Shown here: positions 9,613 to 18,223 of the stretch, in pieces | Layout: each line of letters opens with the position of its first letter | Numbering within the stretch: the stretch's first letter is position 1 | From: an uncultured delta proteobacterium | GTDB lineage: Bacteria; Desulfobacterota; Desulfomonilia; UBA1062 | Reading direction: 5' to 3' | DNA: 64,000 nt | Assembly (NCBI GenBank): GCA_963798485.1 | Contig: CAWCTR010000022.1 | Location: 32,001-96,000 of the forward strand | Program-made: the position numbers and the translations under genes | Notes under the pieces: generated by a model | Told to the model about the DNA's origin: nothing | The model's input: only the letters and a program-made list of their open reading frames with translations | Databases searched by the model: none

Positions 9613-10139
9613 GGTTCGCTCCTTTGGTAATAATGAGGATGTTAACACGAGGGGTTTAAATAAAGCCCTAGACAAGGGCTTCAGGCCTATTTCCGATCAT
9701 TGCTAAGGGTAGAACGAAAAGCAAACACCTCCTTCACTATAGGATATGGAAAACATACGAACACACTGGTTATCCGTATGAATTGGAACAGGTCAAACTT
9801 CTGGCCTCTTGTGTTGAACTACGATGAATTTAAATTAGGATAAGATTATTTTGATTTACTTTATACTTAACCTATACGATTGAGAAGGCAGATTTGTGTC
9901 AAACAAAATAAATTAAAATGATGGCACCTTATAACTAAACGATATTACATTGATATATCTTCATGTGCGTATTCCGGACCAAAGCGCCCACCGAATATGA
10001 TTCAAGACGCCCAGTGAATATGATCCAAAGCGCCCACTTGTTATGACGAAAGCGCCCACCTAAAAGGGTCTCATGCGACGCTGGATAAATTCCATGAAGA
10101 GCCATGCTACATGCCTAGCCAAAACGGCAAGGAGTGGTG

Positions 10140-11699
10140 ATGGCGAATGTGAGGTTATCCATGCGGAAGATCAAAGAAATACTAAGTTTATGTCTGGGTG
10201 GCGGGATGTCGCCCAGGCATGCGTCACAAAGTTGTGGGATTGGCCGCACCACGATCAGGGAGTACCTGGAAAGGGCAAGGAAAGCTGGTCTATCCTGGCC
10301 CTTGCCCGATGAACTGGACGAGACATCGCTTGAGAACCTGCTGTTCCCCTCCACCGTGCCACTCTCGGCCCAGAGAAGGAACATGCCTTCCTTCGATTAT
10401 CTTCATACGGAGCTCAAGAAAAAGCATGTGACCCTGCAGCTCCTCTGGCATGAATACCGGGATAACAACCCGGACGGCTACCAATACAGCCAGTTCTGCC
10501 TGCGCTACCGGGCCTGGGTTAAGACGCTGGATGTATCGCTGAGGCAAGACTACAAGGCGGGTGAGAAGCTTTTTGTCGACTTCGCCGGCGACACGATCCC
10601 GATCCACGATGAAATGACCGGCGCCATTACCCCAGCCTATCTTTTTGTCGCGACCATGGGAGCCAGCAATTACACCTATGCACAGGCGGTGCTTTCCCAG
10701 GACCTCTACTCCTGGATCAGTCTGCACGTCAAAGCCTTCCAATTCCTGGGCGCTGTTCCCATGATCACGGTCCCGGACAACCTCAAGGCCGGCGTCACCC
10801 GTCCCTGCCGGTATGAACCGGATCTCAACCCCACCTACCAGGATATGGCGGCGCATTATGGCACCACCATCATCCCCGCCAGAGCCGGAAAACCTCGCGA
10901 CAAGGCCAAGGTGGAGTCGGCCGTGCTTATCGCCGAGCGCTGGATCATTGCTGCCTTGAGAAACCACACATTCTTCAGCATAGAGGAACTGAACAAGGCC
11001 ATCCGAGAGAAACTCGTGGAGTTCAACAACCGTCCCCTGCAGAAGATGAAGGTCTCAAGAAAAGAGCTCTTCGAAAGCATTGATAAACCAGCCATGAAGC
11101 CTCTACCGGAGAGTTTCTACGAGTACGCCGAGTGGGAAAAGCACCGGGTGAATATCGACTACCATGTTGAGGTGAAACGCCATTACTACAGCGTCCCTTA
11201 CCAGCTGAAGGGCGAACTGGTCGATGCCCGCATCACCGCAAGAACCGTGGAAATCTTCTTCAAGGGCAAGCGGGTGGCCGCCCATGTAAAGGGGTATGTC
11301 CCCTTCAAGCACACGACACTCCCAGAGCATATGCCCGAGTCTCACCGGCGCTATGTTGCCTGGACCCCTTCACGCATCATCGGATGGGCGGAAAAGACTG
11401 GGCCTTCGACAGGGGCGCTCGCAAAGGAGATCATGGAGAGAAAGACCCATCCCGAGCAAGGCTTCCGGTCATGCCTGGGTATCATCAGGTTGGAAAAGCA
11501 TTACGGAGAAGACCGGCTTGAGGCTGCGTGCGCACGAGCCCTGCTCATGAAGGCCTACTCGTACAAGAGCGTCAAATCGATTCTCGAGAAAAAGCTGGAC
11601 GGCCTGGAACTGCCTCCCGAAAGACCGGCAACTCCCGTCGTGCACGAGAACATCCGCGGCAACCAATACTATACGAAAGGAGAAGATAATGCTTACTGA
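10140..11699 (+). CDS. istA: IS21 transposase IstA
   Basis: N-terminal HTH; DDE residues in LFVDFAG, VPDNLK and DKAKVES. Confidence 0.96.
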   Translation: MANVRLSMRKIKEILSLCLGGGMSPRHASQSCGIGRTTIREYLERARKAGLSWPLPDELDETSLENLLFPSTVPLSAQRRNMPSFDYLHTELKKKHVTLQLLWHEYRDNNPDGYQYSQFCLRYRAWVKTLDVSLRQDYKAGEKLFVDFAGDTIPIHDEMTGAITPAYLFVATMGASNYTYAQAVLSQDLYSWISLHVKAFQFLGAVPMITVPDNLKAGVTRPCRYEPDLNPTYQDMAAHYGTTIIPARAGKPRDKAKVESAVLIAERWIIAALRNHTFFSIEELNKAIREKLVEFNNRPLQKMKVSRKELFESIDKPAMKPLPESFYEYAEWEKHRVNIDYHVEVKRHYYSVPYQLKGELVDARITARTVEIFFKGKRVAAHVKGYVPFKHTTLPEHMPESHRRYVAWTPSRIIGWAEKTGPSTGALAKEIMERKTHPEQGFRSCLGIIRLEKHYGEDRLEAACARALLMKAYSYKSVKSILEKKLDGLELPPERPATPVVHENIRGNQYYTKGEDNAY

Positions 11700-12441
11700 A
11701 CAGACACTGGAAAGACTTTATGCCCTGAGGCTTGTCGGCATGGCGGAAGGGATGAAGGAGCAGATGAAAAGGGCCGACATGGAAGGGCTTAGTTTCGAAG
11801 AGCGTTTCGCCATGCTGGTCGATGCCCAGTATCTTTACCAGGAAAATAAAAGGATGAAGCGCCTCCTGAAAAGCGCCAAGCTGAAGCTCGCAGCCTCTCT
11901 GGAGGATATTGATTACCGGACGCCCAGGGGCCTGGATAAATCGGTCATGATGAGTCTTGGCTCCTGCGAATGGATAAAAAGACGCCGCAACATAATCATT
12001 ACCGGCCCCACCGGCACGGGCAAGACCCACCTTGCCTGCGCGCTGGCACAGAAGGGCTGTAGGGAAGGATTTGGGGCTTTCTATGTGAAGTGCTCGAATC
12101 TCTACTACAGCCTGGCAATCGCGAAGGCTGATGGGAGCTATGCCAAGACCGCCGCAAAGCTGGCAAAAGTGCCAGTTCTCATCCTTGATGACTTCGGTCT
12201 GGCCGCGCTCACCGACCCGGAAAGGAGGGATCTCCTGGACGTGATTGATGACCGGCATGAAACGGCTTCCACCATCGTTACGAGCCAGCTCCCCGTGGAG
12301 CATTGGCATGAGACCATAGGAGACCCGACCATCGCCGACGCCCTGCTTGACAGACTCGTGCACAATGCCCACAGGATTCGTCTGACAGGCAAAGATTCCA
12401 TGCGAAAGAAAAAAACAACGTTTACTCAGGAGGAAAAATAA
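11689..12441 (+). CDS. istB: IS21 helper AAA+ ATPase IstB
   Basis: GPTGTGKT, LILDDFG, TSQ and ADALLDRLVH motifs. Confidence 0.96.
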   Translation: MLTEQTLERLYALRLVGMAEGMKEQMKRADMEGLSFEERFAMLVDAQYLYQENKRMKRLLKSAKLKLAASLEDIDYRTPRGLDKSVMMSLGSCEWIKRRRNIIITGPTGTGKTHLACALAQKGCREGFGAFYVKCSNLYYSLAIAKADGSYAKTAAKLAKVPVLILDDFGLAALTDPERRDLLDVIDDRHETASTIVTSQLPVEHWHETIGDPTIADALLDRLVHNAHRIRLTGKDSMRKKKTTFTQEEK

Positions 12442-12578
12442 GAGTAATGAAAATTAAAACCAGCGTCGCCTGACGGCTCCGATTATGGTGGGCGCTTTCA
12501 TCATATTAGGTGGGCACTTTGAATCGGAATAAGTGGGCGCTTTCATCGGAATACGCATTCATGCAAGGATCATAGAGG

Positions 12579-13043
12579 TTACTGGTTAGCCTTGATTATT
12601 GCCGAATCCAACGCTCTCACTACTGAGCTTCTTGACTTCTTAAGCTTTTTGGCAATCTCTTCTTGAGTGAACCCTTCCAGGCCCATTGCCACTGTTGCTT
12701 CTTCGATTCCAGTAAAATAACCACGTGGGAAATCTGCACTTATAAGCTGATTTCCAGTGCGCTTATAGACAGCTGTATGCTTGATGTTATCGGGTACTAA
12801 AGGTTCTACCGGGATGTTTTTCTTCTTTCTGCTGTCCCTTAAAAGATTTCTAGCCACTTCTTTTGCGTAATCAAGCATTGTTTCGGGCCTTATGCTCTCC
12901 TTGGTTCCTAAGATGTTTACCATAGTATCCTGGAGTAGATCCTCAGCATAGTTTTTACTCTTATGGTTAGCCCTTGCAAACCACTCTATCCATGGTCTCA
13001 GTTCCGTATAGAGGATCTCTATGTTCTTATTATCAAGCGCCAT
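12579..13043 (-). CDS. ECF/sigma-70-like factor
   Basis: Region-2-like AEDLLQDTMVNI and region-4-like EGFTQEEIAKKLKKSRSSV. Confidence 0.7.
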   Translation of the reverse strand: MALDNKNIEILYTELRPWIEWFARANHKSKNYAEDLLQDTMVNILGTKESIRPETMLDYAKEVARNLLRDSRKKKNIPVEPLVPDNIKHTAVYKRTGNQLISADFPRGYFTGIEEATVAMGLEGFTQEEIAKKLKKSRSSVVRALDSAIIKANQ

Positions 13044-13222
13044 CGTGTAGATTCCTTCTTAAGTTGCAGCTTGGTAGTAATATCAGAAGTTGTGAGCAAG
13101 GTCATTGCATCATTCTTGTTCATGGAATAGCTCCATCGAGCTTTAACGAGCTTAAAAGGTCTCTGGTTGACTATCCAGGAGAAGAGAGGGGGGGCAGTAC
13201 AAGACTGCCCCACAATGAAGAC

Positions 13223-13381
13223 TCAATTGATACCCTTCTCGATGTGACTGATAAAGGGGATTAGGCTGGTATACCTATCAGTCTCTTCGCAGCACATCTC
13301 TTCCAGATAGGTCTTGTAGTCTTGAAGATAGTCCAGTAGAACTTCGGTCTGCTTGCCAGTCAATGTGATTCCGCTTTCCAT
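13223..13381 (-). CDS. Small hypothetical protein (52 aa)
   Basis: Hand translation MESGITLTGKQTEVLLDYLQDYKTYLEEMCCEETDRYTSLIPFISHIEKGIN with AAGGAG RBS; below the ORF-track size cutoff. Confidence 0.5.
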   Translation of the reverse strand: MESGITLTGKQTEVLLDYLQDYKTYLEEMCCEETDRYTSLIPFISHIEKGIN

Positions 13382-13404
13382 AGTTGCTCCTTCGTAAGTT
13401 TATT

Positions 13405-14430
13405 TTACCCCAACAGTAACCCACAGGGGTTGTTCACTGCATTACCTGCCTGGAAATAGCCCAGGGCCACGGAAACCGTTCTATGACCTGACAGTTCCAT
13501 TGCGAAGCTCAAAGACATACCCTGACGCCCGGATTCCGTCAGGAAGCCTGACCTCAGCGAATGACCGCTGAAGAGTGAAGGATCAAGACCAGCAAGAGAG
13601 GCTCTTTTCTTGACAATGAGAGCAATTGCTTTGTCGGTGATATCCTCCGTGATCTTCCCACCTTTTGTTATACCCCTGAACAGTCTACCGCTGCTGATCT
13701 GCCCCGCCTTAATCCAAGTATTAAGAGCGATTGCCGCACGCCCAAGAATGGGAAGGTTCAGGCCTGCTGATCCATCTTGATCTGTCTTGCTATGACCCAG
13801 GTGAAATACAAAGCCTCCCTCGACTCTGGTAAGATCTTGCAGCCGTGCGCCTGAGATCTCCGCCCGGCGTCTTCCTCCAGAACTCCACCCCATGCAAAGG
13901 ATTGCTCGATCTCGAATACCAGAAAGAGAATCATCACATGTGGAGAGAAGAAGCTCCAGTAAGTCCCTGGTCAAAGCACTCTTCTTCTTCGGCTTCACAC
14001 CATTCTTAACGGCTCCCCTCTTGGCTTTTGATAGTAACGTGCGGACTTCCTTAGAACGGCAGGGATTGTCTACATGGAGGTTTTCATGGGCTGTACTGAG
14101 GCTAGCGATACGACGAGAGACAGTATTCAGTGAATGAGTCCCCGGCTTTGCCTTTACGCCCATTCCGCATAGGGCCTTATCTGTCTGCTCATCTAATCCT
14201 TGAAGATGATCTACAATGAAGCGAATTACCAAAGGGCAGGGAACTGGAAACCCTACCTCATAGCCTGTAGTAATCAGAGCCCAGGCCATGAAATAGCTGC
14301 AATCCTTGCGATATGCGAGAAGGGAATTCTCAGCCGTGCCATTTCGTAAGATCTCTTTCAGCCTTTGTGCTGTATCCTCAGTAATAAGGTCTCTGCTGCT
14401 TCCCTGATTGATGGTCTCTACATCCTGCAT
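13405..14430 (-). CDS. Second tyrosine recombinase, Cre/TnpS-like resolvase type
   Basis: RDRAILCMGWSSGGRRRAEI, HSKTDQ, FSGHSLRSGF and SGH...GYF motifs; no arm-binding domain. Start placed at ATG 14430. Confidence 0.88.
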   Translation of the reverse strand: MQDVETINQGSSRDLITEDTAQRLKEILRNGTAENSLLAYRKDCSYFMAWALITTGYEVGFPVPCPLVIRFIVDHLQGLDEQTDKALCGMGVKAKPGTHSLNTVSRRIASLSTAHENLHVDNPCRSKEVRTLLSKAKRGAVKNGVKPKKKSALTRDLLELLLSTCDDSLSGIRDRAILCMGWSSGGRRRAEISGARLQDLTRVEGGFVFHLGHSKTDQDGSAGLNLPILGRAAIALNTWIKAGQISSGRLFRGITKGGKITEDITDKAIALIVKKRASLAGLDPSLFSGHSLRSGFLTESGRQGMSLSFAMELSGHRTVSVALGYFQAGNAVNNPCGLLLG

Positions 14431-14456
14431 ATGAGCCCCTTTAATGGTTCCTTTTT

Positions 14457-14485
14457 GCTTCCGATAACCAAAGCTTAATGGAAGC
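14457..14485. promoter_or_regulatory. Putative recombination (res/lox-like) core site
   Basis: GCTTCCGATAA-CCAAAGC-TTAATGGAAGC: 11-bp imperfect inverted arms with a 7-bp spacer, immediately upstream of the Cre-like gene. Confidence 0.65.
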
Positions 14486-14583
14486 AATCAATGATGATTT
14501 ACATACATCATGTAATCTCAAAAGTCAAGAGCGTAGCAATCATGCTTGTTGCTCAATGGGATGATTGATGGTATACCAATGAC

Positions 14584-14787
14584 ATGAAGAAGCCCTTCAC
14601 CACACGGATAGATGAAGACTTGCTGAACAAGGTCAATGCCCTGGCTTCCATCACGGATCGAAACATCAACGACCTGCTGGAAGAGGCTCTTGCTCTCCTG
14701 CTGGATAAGTTCGGGAGAGAGGATCTTATCCAACAGTTCATGGACATCAAGGTCAAGGCTGCAAAGAAAGCCCCTTCACGGAAATAG
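14584..14787 (+). CDS. Ribbon-helix-helix DNA-binding protein
   Basis: MKKPFTTRIDEDLLNKVNALASITDRNINDLLEEAL strand-helix-helix pattern; divergent from the recombinase. Confidence 0.75.
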   Translation: MKKPFTTRIDEDLLNKVNALASITDRNINDLLEEALALLLDKFGREDLIQQFMDIKVKAAKKAPSRK

Positions 14788-15175
14788 CGAAGCCATCATA
14801 ATGGAGTAGGTCGGTAGAGCTTCGTGATTAACGAGATGGTATCGTTGGTAGGGTTGAGGTCATGAAGGCTCACAGTCGGGCCATTACGGGCTGGGATTTG
14901 CCTTGTAGGGACTGGGAAGATATCATTGCCAAGAGGGAGGGATTGTACAGGCATGAATTCCATGGATTCCTGGCCCTCAGATTGAGGGGGGGGGGGTGGG
15001 TATGCCCGAAAAAAAGGGATGGTAAGCCCCTTGACCACCCTTATGTATCCCTAGCTGTGTGTGCCTGTCTGGAGGTAACCCCAATTTTTAAAAAAATCCT
15101 GATCGAATATCTAACTCCTCAGCAAACCCCAGAGTCATTCCACAGAATACAGTGCTTTGTTATGCTCGTATTTGA

Positions 15176-15799
15176 TTATTTTGCTCGTGCCGCCTCAACA
15201 TAAAGACTTATGTGTTTGTACTCAGGGGATGCCTTGTGAAAGATCTCAAATTCTTTAGACATCCCAGGTGGAAGAGTTTCTGCACTGCCTGTGGAGCCAG
15301 TATCGAGGACGTTTCCGCTGGAGTCCTTATAGAGAGCTTTAATAGTATAGAAATATGCTGTTCTGTCGCCTACATTCTTTACTCTACCCCAGATATGACT
15401 TGAAGATATATCGTTCTTATATTCCCATTTCTGGATCTCCATCTTGCTGACATAATCACTTCTGGTGCCAGAATTATGCATGGACATGCTTATAAGAAAG
15501 ATTCCAAGGAAAATACTTGCTACCGACAACAGCCATCTCGGTTCTTTCCTAATTAGCGCTATGATTCCCGATGAAATGACAACCAAGCAGAATAATGATG
15601 CATGTGTTCTTAGGGCAAGGAAGGCCACAATAATTGCACCTAATGATATGAATTGAAATATAGCCTTCTTATGCTGTCTAGTCACAGTCTCTTTTGAGCT
15701 GTCTTTATGTTCGGGAGTCATTAGCACAAAGCCGCAGTGCGGACATGAAGGTGCTAAGTTAGACATATCATTGTAGCATTCAGGGCATTTGATTAGCAT
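15176..15799 (-). CDS. Zinc-ribbon, membrane and FxLYD-like domain protein
   Basis: CPEC...CPHCG, hydrophobic helices, and C-terminal GRVKNVG...ALYKDSSGNVLD...LPPG. Confidence 0.7.
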   Translation of the reverse strand: MLIKCPECYNDMSNLAPSCPHCGFVLMTPEHKDSSKETVTRQHKKAIFQFISLGAIIVAFLALRTHASLFCLVVISSGIIALIRKEPRWLLSVASIFLGIFLISMSMHNSGTRSDYVSKMEIQKWEYKNDISSSHIWGRVKNVGDRTAYFYTIKALYKDSSGNVLDTGSTGSAETLPPGMSKEFEIFHKASPEYKHISLYVEAARAK

Positions 15800-16033
15800 A
15801 GATGTCCTCCTTAATCTTCATATCAGATAGTGTGAACATATAGCGGTTTATGCATTGTATTTCTGAAATTATAGCAGGATGACAGAAGGTAGGCAATGAC
15901 TGTTATTCTAATGCGATACTTAGATATGGCTTTGATGCAGTCTGTATGATAGAACAATATCAATAACTTGTTACGCAACCTTGATTCCACATCAAGAGAT
16001 TGTTGATCACGTTAAATAGAGTGTGGGGGTATC

Positions 16034-16552
16034 ATGGGACTTTTAGATCGTCTATTCGGCTCGAAAAAGAAGATGTATGAGAATACCTTGAAAGACGCCT
16101 CGACTGGTGTCGATTTTGTAATAAAGGGGCTTGCTTTACACCTTTTTTCAGAGAATCAGTTTGCCCAAGATAAGGACAACTCTGCTCCCTTGGTTGTTGC
16201 TGTTGTCAACACTGTTTTCTCAAACCCACCATCAAACGAAATAGGTAGGCTTTTTATTCAAAATCAGCATAATCTTAAGAATGTGAAGCTGGTCATAGAG
16301 AATGCAATTAAGCCCAAGGAAAAACTTAAACAAATAATCACAGACGCAGTAAGAGTTAAATGTATCTTGGAGCATGCTTGGAACCCTAATCTTTCTGGAG
16401 AGGAATTTACTCGGCTCTGTAGTGAGCCTATTGAAAATCTAAAGCGGCTTGGTCTCCTGATTCCTGGCGGCTACACGCCCGACCTCAACACATTCCCGCA
16501 AATTGCATACAACTTCTACCAGGAATGCAGTGCAGGTCAAGATAGCCATTGA
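16034..16552 (+). CDS. Hypothetical protein
   Basis: 172-aa ORF with GGGGG RBS-like sequence; amphipathic MGLLDRLFG N-terminus. Confidence 0.7.
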   Translation: MGLLDRLFGSKKKMYENTLKDASTGVDFVIKGLALHLFSENQFAQDKDNSAPLVVAVVNTVFSNPPSNEIGRLFIQNQHNLKNVKLVIENAIKPKEKLKQIITDAVRVKCILEHAWNPNLSGEEFTRLCSEPIENLKRLGLLIPGGYTPDLNTFPQIAYNFYQECSAGQDSH

Positions 16553-16605
16553 TCAGAGTGAATCTTACCTAATGCAATAAAGTTGAACTTTACGAGGGAG
16601 TAAGC

Positions 16606-17121
16606 ATGCCTGAATGGCTCAAGGGACTGATCTGGGTATCATTGTTCCTAGTTTGCCTTGGGGCTTTTGGTAAGGCTTTTCACAGTAACATGCTTCTATT
16701 CTTCATATTCTGGCTGCTCTTGCCATTGATTGTGCTTGGGGCTAGGAGTCATAACTTCCTATCTCTGTTAACCCACAAAGGTATAATCTTATTCCAGGGC
16801 TTTTCTATAGGAATTTCTGTCTTAATAGCCGTTGCTCTGTTCGCAAATTACGATGAGCTTAGAGATCACTACGGTAAGCGGCACATAGAAGGATATAGCG
16901 TCAACTACTATGAGGATTCTGATGATGTCGGAAGACCTATTCAAGGTTCTAACATTGATACGAACCACTTCTCTGGGCGAGCTTTAATTTGGCTTAGCGA
17001 GTGGGTTTTCATGGCATTCTGTTTCGGAATCCCTGCCCTCACATGGAAAGCAACAAAACTCACTGTCATTGCATGGGAAGATATCAACTCAATGCAGAAC
17101 AAAGAGAGTATAGGTAAATAA
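16606..17121 (+). CDS. Hypothetical membrane protein
   Basis: About 4 hydrophobic segments; GAGGGAG RBS. Confidence 0.7.
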   Translation: MPEWLKGLIWVSLFLVCLGAFGKAFHSNMLLFFIFWLLLPLIVLGARSHNFLSLLTHKGIILFQGFSIGISVLIAVALFANYDELRDHYGKRHIEGYSVNYYEDSDDVGRPIQGSNIDTNHFSGRALIWLSEWVFMAFCFGIPALTWKATKLTVIAWEDINSMQNKESIGK

Positions 17122-17402
17122 CTAATTACAATTATGAGGAGAAATTATGGGGTTATTTTCTGCTATATTTGGAACACGTGAAGAAAGAACTGTCCGCCCC
17201 GGGTTTAAAAACGTGCAATAATGCCGGGATAAGAGTAAGCAGAAGTAACGGAATAGAAAGCTGCATGTAGTTCATATGATTCCGGAAGGAACTTGAAGAG
17301 TTCCATATAATTCATATAATTCGGGAATTATCCTTATATATCCTATCAATTTCATTACAGTTGTGGTTTGCCTGCCCGAAAGATCAGCAGGAGGTTTGCC
17401 AG

Positions 17403-17822
17403 ATGGAAGTCATCTGTTCGGGCTGCGGGAGGATTTTTGTAAGGAGCCCCAGGCACCCGGACCAGTCTTATTGCTCCAGATCGGAATGCCAGAGGAAGAG
17501 GAAAGCCCGGTGGCAGAAGCAGAAGATGATCACTGATGAGCATTACCGCCTCAATCAGAAGACAAGCCAGGATAAATGGATCAGGAAGAACCCCGGCTAC
17601 TGGAAGAGGTATCGGCAGAGTAAGCCTGAGCAAGCTCAGAGGAACCGCCTGATGCAAATGATAAGGAACAGGCAGAGGAGAAGTCCCCGGCTGATTGCAA
17701 AGATGGACGCGTCAGAAATGAGGAAGGCCCGTCCATATGGGCAGTTTTACCTGGTGCCAGTGATTGCAAAGATGGACGCATTAAAAGTTAACATCTATGG
17801 GATATCAGCGTCTTATCCGTGA
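17403..17822 (+). CDS. Basic Cys4 zinc-finger-like protein inside the IS21 element
   Basis: CSGC-x15-CSRSEC followed by an Arg/Lys/Gln-rich helical region; GGAGG RBS before ATG 17403. Confidence 0.75.
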   Translation: MEVICSGCGRIFVRSPRHPDQSYCSRSECQRKRKARWQKQKMITDEHYRLNQKTSQDKWIRKNPGYWKRYRQSKPEQAQRNRLMQMIRNRQRRSPRLIAKMDASEMRKARPYGQFYLVPVIAKMDALKVNIYGISASYP

Positions 17823-17838
17823 TTGCAAAGAAGGACTC
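17692..17838 (+). repeat. Three 19-bp interspaced direct repeats
   Basis: TGATTGCAAAGATGGACGC at 17692-17710 and 17761-17779; TGATTGCAAAGAAGGACTC at 17820-17838; spacers of 50 and 40 bp. Confidence 0.9.
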
Positions 17839-17890
17839 TATAGTCTTTTTGTCCCCATGTACCTTATCTCTGGGAACAAGGAGGCGTCTC

Positions 17891-18223
17891 ATGAAGAAGA
17901 AAGTGCTCGTCCCGGAGAAGGTAAGGAAGATTGAGGGAGGCTTCAGCTACATACCCCACCGGTTCATTACGGACGGATACCTCGAATCCCTGAATCAGAA
18001 AGAGCTGCTGCTTTACCTGTTCCTGGTGCTGGTTTCGGACCGGAACGGGTTATCATATTACAGCTACGACCGGATATGCACGACGCTGGAGATGGACATC
18101 GAAGAATACCTTACGGCAAGGGATTCCCTGATTAGGCAAAAGCTCATCGCCTTCGACGGTACGCTGTTCCAGGTGCTGGAGCTGCCCTCGATCCGGCATG
18201 AGAGTGAGGCCCGCCATGCTTGA
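17891..18223 (+). CDS. Winged helix-turn-helix protein inside the IS21 element
   Basis: GGFSYIPHRF...ELLLYLFLVLVSDRNGLSYYSYDRICTTL...ARDSLIRQKLI pattern resembles replication-initiator-type wHTH; AGGAGG RBS; stop overlaps the istA start. Confidence 0.75.
   Translation: MKKKVLVPEKVRKIEGGFSYIPHRFITDGYLESLNQKELLLYLFLVLVSDRNGLSYYSYDRICTTLEMDIEEYLTARDSLIRQKLIAFDGTLFQVLELPSIRHESEARHA

Larger units (their letters stand above)
9966..12557 (+). mobile_element. IS21-family insertion sequence (canonical two-gene type), 2592 bp
   Basis: Termini TGCGTATTCCG...CGGAATACGCA; several internal AAAGCGCCCAC repeats at both ends; 6-bp TSD TTCATG (9960-9965 and 12558-12563). Confidence 0.96.

Noticed and set aside
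17779-17786. CATTAAAA at the repeat 2/spacer 2 boundary matches the IS target flank (20612-20619)
   Set aside because: An 8-nt AT-rich match is expected by chance and is not evidence of RNA-guided targeting.
17692-17838. Calling the three repeats a CRISPR array
   Set aside because: Repeats are only 19 bp, spacers are unequal (50 and 40 bp), two copies lie in a coding frame, and no cas genes are in the window. Kept as an unexplained repeat instead.
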